NCBI GenBank assembly: GCA_965112735.1
Contig: OZ218953.1
Span: 3,782,001 to 3,846,000 of the forward strand
DNA from: Phaeosaccion multiseriatum
Lineage: Eukaryota; Protista; Ochrophyta, other classes
Length of the DNA: 64,000 bases
Direction: 5' to 3'
In this document: piece by piece, positions 12,501 to 24,800 of the stretch
Position numbering within the stretch: position 1 is the first letter of the stretch
Layout of the letters: each line of letters opens with the position of its first letter
The notes under the pieces: generated by a model
What the model saw: the letters and a program-made list of their open reading frames with translations, nothing else
What the model was told of the DNA's origin: nothing
Databases searched by the model: none
Program-made: the position numbers and the translations under genes

Positions 12501-12957
12501 GCCACCCCATTTTGCCTCGATTTGTGTTCCCAAGCGGGTCTCGTCTGCTGGAAAACGCGTGCCCTTTTGAGGAGGTCGAGGACTGCCGCTGTGCTTCGTT
12601 TGCCCTCCGCCTTGTGGGGGCACCTCAGAACGGCACCAGTGGGGGCAACTCATCCACCAACTCCTCCTTCTCTGACAACTTTAGCAGCAGCAGCAGCAGC
12701 GATGACCCCGAAGCGCTGTACACGTGCATCCTCCCGCTAGGCCTGGCGACGGCGCAGATGGGAGTCCCGGATGTGGAGGGTGGGCAGTGCGCAGAGGTGA
12801 GGACAAAGAAGGCTTGCGTGCTGACATGTAGCTGCCTTTGTCCTTTGTTATATTATGTAGATTTTTCGCAAGGAATGCTCCCTCCTCTCCCTTACTACGC
12901 CCTGCACCGATGCACTGAGACAGCACCCCGCCCTCTCCCGCCCATCACTACCGTCTC

Positions 12958-12996
<39 letters not shown>

Positions 12997-13010
12997 GTCT
13001 CTTTCTCACA

Positions 13011-13054
<44 letters not shown>

Positions 13055-13459
13055 GTCTCTCTCTCTCTGAAGGCGCTCTCTGACGCGTCGTGTGTGGCGC
13101 TGCTGGAGGGAATGGAGGGAATGGACGGCCTCGACAACAACGCCCAGGGAGAAGAGTGTCGTACTGCATTCAACGTCAGCACGTTCAGGTGAGTAGTAGT
13201 GGTGACACATTGCTGATCCTGCTGCTCCACTCCTGCACGCGCTCCTGCTCCGCTCAGTAAGTGGTATGGTCTCCCTCGGCGACTCACAGAGGGTGTTTCG
13301 ATTCTTCTCCCCCCGTCTCTCCCTCCTGTGGCGTTGTGCAGCTTCTACTCGGACTGCGCTTGCGAGGCGGTTCCTCCCGTGTCTCTCGGCAATTGCACCC
13401 TTTCCGGGTACTGGTGGGGCAAAGGCAACAGAAGTGGGAGTGCACCACCGCCGCCGCCG

Positions 13460-13492
<33 letters not shown>

Positions 13493-15779
13493 GGAGGCGA
13501 TGGGAAGGCGTGGGGCTTCAAATCCGCGTTCACCCCGGATTTTCCCGCTAGCAGTCCTTGGGTCACCTCGGTGGGAGCCACTCAGGTGAGAGAGCAGGGC
13601 TGACCGGCTGCAACGGTTGCGGCAGAGCTTGGCCCCGAGCTAAATGGGTGCTCTCACATAACTGTCTTTGTTCGGGGTTTTGTTGGGGGGTGTTGGCGTG
13701 GTGGTGGCTGACTGCCTCTCTCTTGTTGTTTCACTGTTGGCAACGTGTTGATGGGCCATGGCTTACTCAGGTGGCGTGGAACCTCCAGCAGTCGTGTGGG
13801 CAGGCCTCGCTGCTAAGGCCGGAGGAAGGCAGGCAGGGGGCGGAGACGGCCGTGAACAAGTGGACGGGCAAGTACGACGCGGGGGGAGGCTTCAGCAACT
13901 ACTTCGCGGCCAGAGCCTGGCAGAGGTATGTATTCATGTTTGCCGAGCAACAGGCAGGGAAGGAAGGGGAGGAAGGGGGTGTTCTCGTAGGGAAGCCATG
14001 CTTTGCCTGCCTGCCTGCACTACTCCTCCCAGACCCAGGGGTGCTCATGACTTCCCCCCCTGGTGATCCACCCTCCGCGCGTGCCCTTTTGGCCCCTGAT
14101 GGTAGGGATGAAGTGGCAGCATATGTGCAGACAGGAAAGGCCCCTCCTGAGGGCAGCTTCAACGCAAGCAACAGAGGCTATCCGGATATTTCCGCCGTGG
14201 GCCACAATTTCGGTGAGTGAGTGAGTGAGTGAGAGAGAGAGAGAGTCTTTGTCGGGAACATGGCGTTGGTATGCGTTTCCTGGGTTGCCTGTTTTGAGCA
14301 CGCGACAGCAATGACGCGCTTCACCTTCGTCACGGGAGAGCAAGTTTATCAGACAGGGCGGGCGCTTGAAGAGATGCATCGGCAAATTGGAATCGCGTGT
14401 CATCAGTTGGGCCTCCCTCTTGTCGCGTCTTCATTTGCTTGCTCTTGTGAACCTCGTGCCCGCCCGCCCTCCCGCCCCCCCCCTCTCCTTCTCCGCGTGT
14501 ACATAGTGGTAATGGTCGAGGGAGCCGTCCGGACTGTGGACGGTACCTCCGCGTCAGCCCCGGTCGTGGCCGCGATGATCTCGCTGCTAAACGAGCGGCG
14601 GCTGGTGGATGGGGACCCCCCTCTCGGCCACCTCAACCCGCTGCTCTACAAAATGGCCAGGGAGGATGACACAGTCTTTCGAAAGGTTCGGTTCGGTTCG
14701 GTTCCGTCGTGTGAAGGTGGCCTCATGTGTGACGTACTCCTCTTGTGCTCAGTTGTGGCGCTGTCGCTTCCTCAGTCCCCCAGCTTGCTTACGTCTCCCT
14801 CTATCGGTGTGTCTGTGTGTGTGTTTATATCATTTGCTCTCTCTCTACACTCGTATGCTGCCTGCTGCCGTTACAGATTTCCCCACAGACGTACGACTTG
14901 ACAGGCACGGCTGTTGCAGACAGGTTGCGGCGAGACTCACTCACGGTGGGGGATAACTCGTGCTCGCGGTTCGGCTGCTGTAGCATAGGGTATGAGGGCA
15001 CTGAGAGGTGGGTGAGGAAACGTGCGAACTTTTGACTCTGTCTGGGTGGGGGGGTGGGGGTAGAGGATGGCGACCTGGAGCGTGGAAGGAGGCGGGTTGA
15101 GGGGAAGGATTGCACGCACAGCAGGCGGTCCTTTTCGTTGCGCTTTCATGCCAAATGCCGCCAATGCCAATGGTCCCCTCCCTCCCATCTCCGTGAACGC
15201 TTTGTGTGTTTGTGTCGCCTCTTGACTCTTGACAGCGGCTGGGACGCTGTGACCGGCCTTGGCGTAATCGACTACTCAGCGTTTGCAGCCTACTTGAAGC
15301 TTGGAGGAGGGGGAGGAGGCGGGGCGGGGAGCGATGGCAAGCCGAGTCGAGTGAGGGAAGCCGCCTACGTCATCTCGGTGGTGTGCCTCACTCTACTCGT
15401 GCTGATGGCCGTCCTGTACGTTGTCTACTCCATAAGGCCCAAATACGGAGGCCTCCGCCCCCCACAGCGGCACTCCGACTCCGACGGTGGCATCGTTGGC
15501 AGCGGTGGTGGTGGCAGGTTTGGGCTCCCCCGCTGGGGTGCAAGGCGGGGCGGTGGGGGTGACGCTGGGCCCGAGAGAAGAGGCGTGCTCACCGAGATGA
15601 TTGCGGAAAGGGGGGGCGGCGCTGGTGCTGGTGGCTACGGCTACGAGGAGGAGGACGAGGCTTCGTATCAGCTGCTGGAGGGCGAGGGGGGGGGGGGCGG
15701 AGAGGGAGGGAGGGGCGGACAAGAGGGAGGAGGGGCTTCGAGGGCCGCCGCAGGTGAAGGGCTGAGAACAAGTTTGTAG
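9535..15779 (+). CDS. Sedolisin / tripeptidyl-peptidase I-like S53 protease with pro-domain and C-terminal transmembrane helix (many exons)
   Basis: Signal peptide; pro-domain EVSDPENRKRYGKYLT; catalytic motifs ESDLDTQY, VASGDDG, FPASSPWVTSVGAT, GGGFSNYF, RGYPDISA, DGTSASAPVVAAMISLLN, GWDAVTGLG; TM segment YVISVVCLTLLVLMAVLYVVY. Confidence 0.93.
12955..13068. repeat. Intronic (CT)n microsatellite
   Basis: Directly visible. Confidence 0.9.
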
Positions 15780-16157
15780 TGCAGTGCTTGGGCTTCCTCT
15801 CCTTTGCCGACTCAATCGTGCTGTCCCCTCTGCATGAATGGATAAAAAATATGTTGATTGATAGATAGATGGTGTGGTTAGTTGCTTCGGGCTTGTGGCC
15901 CGAAGCGTTGTAAGTACTTAGGGGTGTGTTACGAGTACATTATGAGGAGAGACAAAATGGTTTACAGTGTAGTATTATAAGGACACCATTCATACATAAG
16001 CTTACTTTTGTTTTCAAAATTGTTGGATAGAATGAGGAGAGAAAGAGAGAGTCGCCTATCGCTTTGGGGACCTGCTGCTGCCCCATACTTAGTACTACTT
16101 CGTACATCAGTACATCTATTTGGAGAGTTGAAAGCGCCACACAAAGCAAAGCGACAC

Positions 16158-17315
16158 CTACTCCTGCCTCGCTGCTTCGAAAATCCTTTGCATCTCTCGC
16201 AGGGCGTCCTCAATCCCGCGCACGAGAGCAGGCCCGTCCGTGGCTCTTCCGCTTGCGAAGGAGGTCACAGGGGCGGTGACAGTTTCATCGTGCACCACGT
16301 AGCCCAAACCGTAACCGTCCCCCGTGACAGGCCCAAAGCCGAACTGCTCCAGACAGGGCACGGACAGATTGCTGGTAGACATGAGCCAGGTGCTACTTTG
16401 GCCGAAGAGAGGGTGCGAGAAGAAGGCGTCTCCTAGCCTCGGGCCCTCCCCCTCCCCCTCCCCCTGCTCCTGCTCCTCTTTCTGTTGCGCAGCTTGGGCA
16501 GCCGTCACTCTGAGCATGGCGAGGTGCCTATCTACACCCTGCCCCTGCTGGGCAAGGAGGGCCAGCTGCACGTGCTTGTTAGCGGCTCGAAGGAGGGCCG
16601 CAGCTTTGGTGTCTGTTGAGCTGCTGCCTGCCTTGCCCAACTCAAGCACCGCGTCGGCCATCTCTGTGGAACACGTACGTATGACCTGAAATTGGGGTTG
16701 ATTGGGGATTGAAGGGGGGGGGGGGGGTGGAGGATAGAGGAGGGGCGTACTCTGAGTGTGGGTGAAGCCGCAAGCCTGCCCATACTTACGTCTATATAGA
16801 TATACGATCGTATCCGCGATGAACATTATGTTATGCCTGTGTGCCTGCCTTCGCCCCCACCCTAAGAGAAGGAGAGAGGGAGCGGGCAAGCAAGCAAGCA
16901 AGCTCTGTTGGCTCACTCACTCACTTACCTCCGTCCTGCCGTGCCGGAAGCGGCTCGTGGCGCAGCTCTCGTACGTGGGTGCCATGCGGCCGTGCAGCCG
17001 CAGGTAGGCGGTGTGGAAGGCGAGTTGGCACACCGCATCGGGACTCATCTTCCACTTCTTCATGGCTCCTGTCAGGACCAAAAAGGAGGACACGGGACAC
17101 AAGAGACAAGAGAAGAGGGGCGGGGCAAGGGGAAAGCAGCGAGGGGTAAGTGGGATGACGGAGAGCGCAGAGATTGCGGTCAAAGCTGGTCGCGGATGTG
17201 GAAAATGTGTATCAACAAGGCAGGGACAGACTCACTCGCTGATACCACCGCAACTGAGAAGAGAAAGGGCAAGAGGGCGACGGATGATGAGGGAGTAAGG
17301 AGGGAGCAAACAAAA

Positions 17316-17346
<31 letters not shown>

Positions 17347-17782
17347 CAGAGAGAATAAGGAGGGAGCGCTCTCTCACCTTTCCCGAAGTCCTCAAAGCGG
17401 AGCATGTCTAAGCAGAGGTTGTCGGCGGCGGACTTCTGCGCCTGTTTCGCACCGTCGATCTTGGCTGCCATATCCCGAGAAATGTCCCACTGGAGCGGAT
17501 GTATCATACCCTCCAACTTCTGCCGTTGCTGCTGCTCTGCCTGCCCCTCTTTGCCCTCCTGTCCGCTCTGCATGCGGCGCCAGCAGTAGTCCAGCACGCC
17601 CGTCCAGGTGAGACCGTCCGAGTAGCTGTGCTCCGTGTTGATGGCCACGTTTCCATTGGGCAGCACCAGCACCTGATGAGCATCGAAAAAGCGGTTACGC
17701 CCTGGACAGTCGGAACCCCCGTGCAGAAAGGTCTTGCCCGCCTCCGCCAACCGCCGTGACTCTGAGGAGCCGAGCATCGTCT

Positions 17783-17813
<31 letters not shown>

Positions 17814-19020
17814 GCTGTCCCCATCTAATCCAATGACGAGCAGGGCAGAGGCAACATCCGCTAGGGAGGCGCGATTGACAGCGCTGTGTCCCTCGAGCTC
17901 CTCTCTGGCTGCGGCCCACTCGTCTCGGTCGATGCCGGTCAAGTAGCCCACGAAAGCCGACGACGAGGAGGCCTGGCTGCTGCTACTGCGACTCATGCTG
18001 TTGCCGTTAGAGCGCCTCGGGGCTTCCTCTTGGAGTGCCATGTTTCGCACGACCTCCATGGCGCGGCGAAGCGAGGCTCGGGAGAGGTACTCCCTCCCTC
18101 CTTCCGGCCCAACTCCTTCTTGCTTGAGCACCACATTCAGCCGGAAGAATCTGTTGTTGCAGATGACAATCACATGCTCTGAGTGCGGAGAGTGCACGAG
18201 CTCGTCCCTTCCCCTCCTGGGAATCCTGCTGGTCCCGAGCTGTGAGGCGATGAAGGATACGCAGCTTGCCGTCTTGGGACCGCTGGGCAGCGCAAGGCGC
18301 CCCTCGCGGACCTCGGCTGTCCATTGTAGCCAAGCGTGTACGAAGCCAGAGGCAGCGGTGAGCTGAGCGTCTCCGGAGGTTCCGGAGGAGGAGCCAGGGT
18401 GGTGTGCGTCGTCGGCGCCCTTGATGGCCAGGTAGGGATTGGAGTTGATGGGTAGCGGCCACCGCCCCTCCAGGTACATGTCATCCCAGAAGCGCTGCAC
18501 GTAGCTGTACGGGTAGGAGTGCGGGTCATTCCTATCCTGCGCATCCTGTGCCTGGAGGCGTGCCTGCAGCACGGGGCCGTCACGCTGCAAGAAGGAAGCG
18601 CACACCGCCTCCACTTCTCGGTAGGCTGGAGTGTCCTTCCCTCCCACCAGAGGCTCCAGACTCTGCCATAGGGAGAGGAGGAGACGGGAAAGAATTTTGA
18701 TTGGGGTACTCTGTGAAGGGGTGGGGAAGGGGGAGACCACATCCCCACGAAGACCTTCACCTTCAACCTAAAGCGTTAAGGGCCATATTTTTTACCTGCA
18801 AATATCGCTCGACGGTGTCTTTCAGCGCAGGAATGGGAAGGCTTTCCAAGCCCAGAGGGTTCTTCGACCCAGCTAGCTCTGCAAAGGCGAGAGTACACGA
18901 GCTTGTCCTTCCTTGGGATCCTGCTGCTCCCGAGGATCGGATACTCCTCTTGATAATCCTCCTCACCGAGGAAGAAGGGCGGAGCGGCTTCACGCAGTGG
19001 CGAACAAGTCCGGGATGCAT
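16158..19020 (-). CDS. Carnitine O-acyltransferase (CPT2/CrAT-like), probably mitochondrial
   Basis: Motifs [35 protein letters not shown], catalytic [58 protein letters not shown]; Arg/Ser-rich presequence. Confidence 0.93.
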
Positions 19021-19303
19021 GTTTGCCCACCCGCAGCAGCAGGTACGGTGCCAAGTAAGCGGGAGGTTGAGGGAGGGACGGAGCAAAAAGGAAAAAGGAA
19101 CAAGAGAGTGAGGGGATTGTACATTCAAGTGGTCGCCAATTGGGAGGCGTCGGCGGGCGGGTGCGTATCTGCGTATCGCGTGTCCGTCGCCCCGATTTTC
19201 TCTCCATAACCCTCATTTCCTGTATTCCTCCTCCTCCTCCTCCTCCTCCCTCATGAGTGTCCGTATCTTCTGGAGTCTCAGGTGAGGGCCTACTTTCCCT
19301 GTT

Positions 19304-19305
<2 letters not shown>

Positions 19306-19381
<76 letters not shown>

Positions 19382-19390
19382 CCTCTCTCT
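19306..19390. repeat. (CT)n microsatellite
   Basis: Directly visible. Confidence 0.9.
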
Positions 19391-20506
19391 CGTGGTGATA
19401 CTCTCAATCGATCCCTATTCTCGCTCATTCTCGCTCACGCCTCCCTCTCCTCCTTTCTTCTTTTGCTTGCCGTGCAGCAGGAGGAGGTGGGGCAGAAGGA
19501 AGCTGTGAAGCGTGCCGTGGAATGCCTCGGCGGCATTGTGCCCGGCTTCTTCCACGGCTCTCGGCGGGAATAGACATGACACGCCCGTTCCAGACCCCAT
19601 CGTACCCGAAGATATGTACGGCATTGCCCCCCCTCAGCTCACGCTCTGACTCTGGGCACCTTATTTCCTTCCCGACGACCTTCAGCAGCAACATCAGGCG
19701 TCGTGGGTCCAACAGAAGAATAGACAGAAGCGCAGTGTCTTTTGGAGCCCATCTTCAGCCAAGCTCCGAGCTTTTGCCCTTGATCATTCCGAGCGTCTCG
19801 GCGAAAGCAAGGCGATTGTCCTGGTGCCGTGCCCAGCAGAGACTGAGAAGGGGAAGGAGGGGCCGAGCAGCAAGGTGAGGTTGCGTCTTTTCTTCGTCGC
19901 TGAGTTCAAGGACCTGAGGGAAGGGAGTGTATCGCTTGGTGGAGTGGAGGCCCCCCTCGGTGGAGAGAGGCTGGAGAAAGTCTCCAGTCTCGGAAAGGAG
20001 AACGGGCCCAAAATGGCGTCAGCTCTCCTTGAGCTCCTCAGAGTGGATGACAATCGCTCTCTCTCGTTCGTGAAGCGGCTCGGGCCCAGAGCATGGCGAT
20101 ACATGTCTTCGATGCTGCCTTGGCCCGTCGTGATCGCACCAAGCCGTTCAGTGCCATCGCTGCCGGTGCTTTGAACGCGCGAACATAGGATGTGGGGGTA
20201 AGCGGGCGGGAGGGGCCCAGCCGTGCCAATGTCGAGTCTGGCCTTTACGGCATCACAGATGGCTGCCATGCTGAGCCTCTCGTAATTGAGCAAATGAGGA
20301 GTAGCCCTGATTGGGAGGAAGATGGCATCATCCTCCTTGTCTCTACAGTGCCTTGGTGCGTGTGCTCAGCACATCGTCCAAAAGAAAAAGGCGGGGGAGC
20401 CGAATCACTACGAGTGGTCGCCGGGGCGTCCTCCTCGGTGAAGCAAGGCGGAGTCGACACCCTGCAGCAGGCGGGCATTGAGGTGAGGTACCCAGCTTGC
20501 CCTACG

Positions 20507-20534
20507 GTAGTAGTAGTAGTAGTAGTAGTAGTAA

Positions 20535-20595
<61 letters not shown>

Positions 20596-20643
20596 GGTGG
20601 TAGTAGTGGTAGTGGTGGTGGTGGTAGTGGTAGTGGTAGTAGT
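20507..20643. repeat. Intronic (GTA)n/(GTG)n microsatellite
   Basis: Directly visible downstream of the donor GAG|GTGAGG near 20483. Confidence 0.9.
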
Positions 20644-21853
20644 GAGGTGTGGGAAAGCGTGTGCTGGCCTCGCTCTCTTGTCGCCCGCTGACTCACACTC
20701 TCTCTCCTGTTCGCTTCCCACAATAACGCCTGGCTGTGTGTGACCAGGTGACTAAAGATGAGAGTTTTGGTGCCGGCCTTTGTCCTCGCCTGAGGACAGC
20801 CCATGCTGGCTCCATCCAGGGCGCTGCATTCCACCCCCGGGCCCCAAACGGTGCGCGTGGCCAAAGATGGCGCACCGTTACGAATCTTGGACTGCTCCTC
20901 TTCTCTTCGCCACCGACGACTGACCTCCTCCGCCAGAGCCTGCTTCTCACCCTGGCGTTGGCATCGAAGGGACATGGCTCCAGCCTCAAGACTCAGAGAG
21001 AGTGGCAGCCGCGAAGGTTCGCACAGCTGTTCCTCGCGAGCCCCACCGATGCTCTTCGTAGGGACAGATGTGTTGATTGCGGCTGGACGGCGGCGAGACG
21101 TCCATCCGACAGGCTCTTCTTCTGCTGCTACTGATGCTGCTACTGATGCTGCTGCCCGGTCGCTCCCTCTCCGGAATGCGGATGGCTCAAGCGTGGTGGC
21201 TGGCTACCAACCCATGTCGGAACGTAGCTGGTCAGCTGCAGCCTTGGGGCCAGCGGCTTAGAATTGGGACACCATTCCCCTCTTCGTGGGTGGAGGCGGG
21301 TCCCAACCCACCCCCGCAGGTGGTTGTGAATGCGGACAGAAGGATAGAGAGAAAGCGAAGGAGGCTGGAAGGACAGGAGATGCGCAAGGAAGCGGTCCGC
21401 AAGCCTCTGCAGGTGCAGAGGAACAACCTCTATCTCCTGCTCAAAGACCGGGACGAGAAGGCAGGAGGTGAGGGGCAAGGGCAGCAGCAGCAGGTGGACG
21501 CAGGGAACGAAGGGGCACAGCGGATGCTCGAAGGCGCCCGAAAACGTGCAGTAGCACCTGTGTGTTATGTTATCCTCTAACCGCATCACCATATCTCTGT
21601 CCTAACCTACTCGCTTCTGCGCCGCCCCCTCCCTCTTTGGATCATCTCCTCGTCCTGCCATGCCATACAAAATCCCAAACTTCCTTTTCTTCTCCCTGTT
21701 CCGGGCCGGGGCAGTGTCGAATCGCGCGTCTCGTGCTGCCTTCGGGCTGGGGACCGCAGCGGAAAGTGTACAATAAGTACAGTAGGTTGGAGAGAAATTA
21801 AAAAAACAAACAACAACAACTGCGAGACGGGATGTAGCACGCGTCTCGACCCT

Positions 21854-24800
21854 TTATAACCCGCCGGAGCGGGAGCGCTCTCCTTTTTCCCCAAACACAT
21901 CCCCTGGGCGCAGCAGCAGCTCCGCGGCGTTGGCCACCGCATACCCTTGCTCGCTCCTCACCCTCAGCTCCATGTACATGAGCTCTCCCTCTGGAAAGGT
22001 GATGCCCAAGGCCGTGGTGAGCAGCTGCTCTGGATACAGCACGGAGTTGTCGGGAAAGGTGTTGAAGTAGGCCAGGATGGCATCGAAGTTGCTGCGGAGA
22101 AGCACGGGCTTGCTCAGGTGCACAATCGCTACCGCCACCTGCACAAAGATCTGACGGAGCGGGGGTGGAGAGTAGAGCAGCAGCAGCAGCAACAACAACA
22201 GCGCGCAAGAGGAGGGGGCGTTAGGAAAATTCCGATCGGACCAAACAGAGGCGGCCAAGTGTACCTAAAGGGACAGCTTGTCTTGTAGACTAAGTGCAAA
22301 GGCTTCATGCAAGTATATGTAAGTATGGCGAAGCGGGCAGAGAGTAAAGGGAGGCCACAGAGACAGTCAAATAAATGAGTGAAAGGCCAGAAGAGAGAAG
22401 TGTAGTGGGGTTCTTTGGATTGCCGCTACTCTCTCTCTCTCTCTCTCCCCTCCCCTCCCCACCCCCCACCCACCCCTTCCAACCGGCGTTCTTGCCGTAT
22501 TCCCTCACCTGAGGATCTCCTGTGACGAGCCAAACGTCCCATATGCGCATGAGAGACGAGGCGGGCAGGGCGTGCAGATGAAGCATGAGGGTTTGGAACC
22601 AGCCCATCAGCACCATGTCCAGCGCAAAGTCCTCCTTCTCGAAGTGCTGAGCCAGGACGGGCATACGAGACTTGACAAGCATCTCCACCACCCCTGCAGA
22701 GAGGGAGTGTGAGTGAGTGAGGGCGGGAGGGACTGAGTGAGTGAGTGAGTGGGTGAGGGAGTGAGTGAGTGGCTGAGTGGATGAGTGTGGGAGTAAGGGA
22801 GTGAGTGAGTGGCATGTAATGAAATGCAGGGCGGGGGAAGCAGGTGCTAAGTTTGCAGCAGCAGGCCACGGACACCACCCGTTGGGGTGGTCTCTTCACA
22901 ACTTGGCAGAGGCCACAGCGCACATCCGAGCAAGGCGCACACCACAAACGCACCCACACAACACGTGCATCACACACTGGACTGAGCCCACGCACCTGCC
23001 ATGACGAGCATTCCCCCCCTCTCAGGCAAGTACAACTCCCTCAGGCGGTAGCTCCGGAACAAGCCCGAGTAGACCTGGAATACGCCGTGGCCCGCACAGA
23101 TCACACCCCCATGGGGCCCCACCGCTGCACCCTCCGGTCGTTCCTCTGCTCCTTCCAACGCGGCCACCGCTACACCAGCCTCCAGTCCCCCTCCCCCCAC
23201 CCCAGCCTCTCTCTGAGCTCGCGCGTCACTGTTGTCCTGGTCCATTCCCTCGACCCCCTCCACCCCGAGAATCTGCATGAGCATCTCCACGATGCGATCC
23301 ATTCCCTGGCAGTAGCCCACGTCTGCGTGCACCGCTGAGGCGGCGTGCAGGACGTTGCTCAGACAACCTCGCTTCAGCCCCACGGGGATGAGCGCCCAAG
23401 ACGTGTCCGTGCGCTCGAGATCGTCCATCTCGCCCCTCTGAATGAATGAGGGAATGAATGAATGAAGGAAGGAAGGAAGGAAGGAAATAAGGAAGGAAGC
23501 AGGGAATGAATGAGTGGAATAATTGAGGGAACTGCAGGGACCGAAATGCATGATGCATGAGGGGGTAGAGCAGAGCACCGACACCAACAACGTCAACTCG
23601 TCCACTCACCATGCTCCTCGTCCTATTGGTGGGCGACCTGCTCGACGCCGTTCTGCGCTTGACTTGGCGGTGGGGCGCAATCTGACCGAAGGCTCTAGGG
23701 ACATCCCGGCCAATCATCGCTGAGTACGGCCCCTCCTCGCCAGCCTCCACCAGCAGAGGAAAGGCTTCCAAGGGAACTGTGCCGTGCTTGAGGGCCTCCT
23801 TCAGAGCATACTTTGTCTTGCCTCGCCCCGACGGACTCTCCGGTCGGCCCTGCTCTCCAACACCCCCCACACTTCCGCTGCCAAGACGGAAGGACTGGTT
23901 CATCATGAGGAGCTTGTTGCTGTCAGGGGCAGAGAGCACCAGCCGCCGCCACAAGGCGCTGCGCTGATGCATGGTGAGGGACGCCCCCGTGACCGCAGAC
24001 AAGACCAGCCCTTTGCGATGGCCGTGCAGTGCCATCTGCCAGCCCTTGCACACCGACTCACACGCCGCCAAGGCCTGCATCGAGCCGAGCAGCAGCACGG
24101 CCTGCCGAATCACACGGGGGGCCGCCGCAGCCAGTCCGCATAGATCCACCTGACACGTCACATCCGCCGCCCTCGCTTGCTCCTCCTGCGCAATCCTGCG
24201 GAGCTCTTGCAGTCTCCAGTCTGCCTCGCGCCTCTCCTTCTGCTTGCGGAGGCCTTGCAGCTGGAGAAACATCCTCTCTCCGTCCTTCCTGTCCTGCGCT
24301 TGCCTCTTGCGCTTCTCCTCCGCCTCTCTCTTTTGCTGCTGCTTCGTCGCCTCCTCTGCCACCTTGACCCTCTCCATGTCCTCCATGTCTACTCTCTCCT
24401 GCACTGCCGGGCTTCTCAGCTCCGCCAACACGATAGCCCCCCCCCCAGTGTCCGTGTCCTCCGTTACACTGTCGCTCCTCCTCGACCACACACTCACCGG
24501 TGTGGAAGATACGCTCCTTCCCCGCCTCGGAAAGAGTCCTGATGCTTTCTCAAGCGGCGCACTCCCTCTTGGTGGCACTCCCTCTGGTCTTTGTTGCCCC
24601 CTTTGCTCCGTCCTCCCCCGCGAGAACACCATCCCTAGCCCTCCCCCCTTGTGCTGTATAGCATCCTTAGCATCCTCTCGCCCTTCTGCGCTTGGGGTGC
24701 CGCCGTCGCCGCTGTTGTGGCCATTGGTAGCCGCACCACTTCCCCCCCAGAACCCCTCCGAGCCCCCCACAATTTTATCCCACAGGTTGGAGCTGCTGGA

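Larger units (their letters stand above)
19253..21580 (+). pseudogene. Disrupted gene containing a RibD/cytidine-deaminase-like domain
   Basis: Reconstructed frame AALARRDRTKPFSAIAAGAL..*..GCHAEPLVI..VSTVPWCVC..RVVAG..GGVDTLQQAGIEV resembles the RibD deaminase (HAE..PC..RVV..GG..L..AGIEV). In-frame stops at 19647, 20186 and 20791; frameshifts at short CT/GA runs near 19558, 20060 and 20760. The 5' boundary is uncertain. Confidence 0.55.

Noticed and set aside
19647-20793. Alternative genetic code or stop-codon readthrough in the deaminase-like gene
   Set aside because: Neighbouring genes terminate normally at TGA and TAG, and the same locus also has frameshifts, which favours decay.
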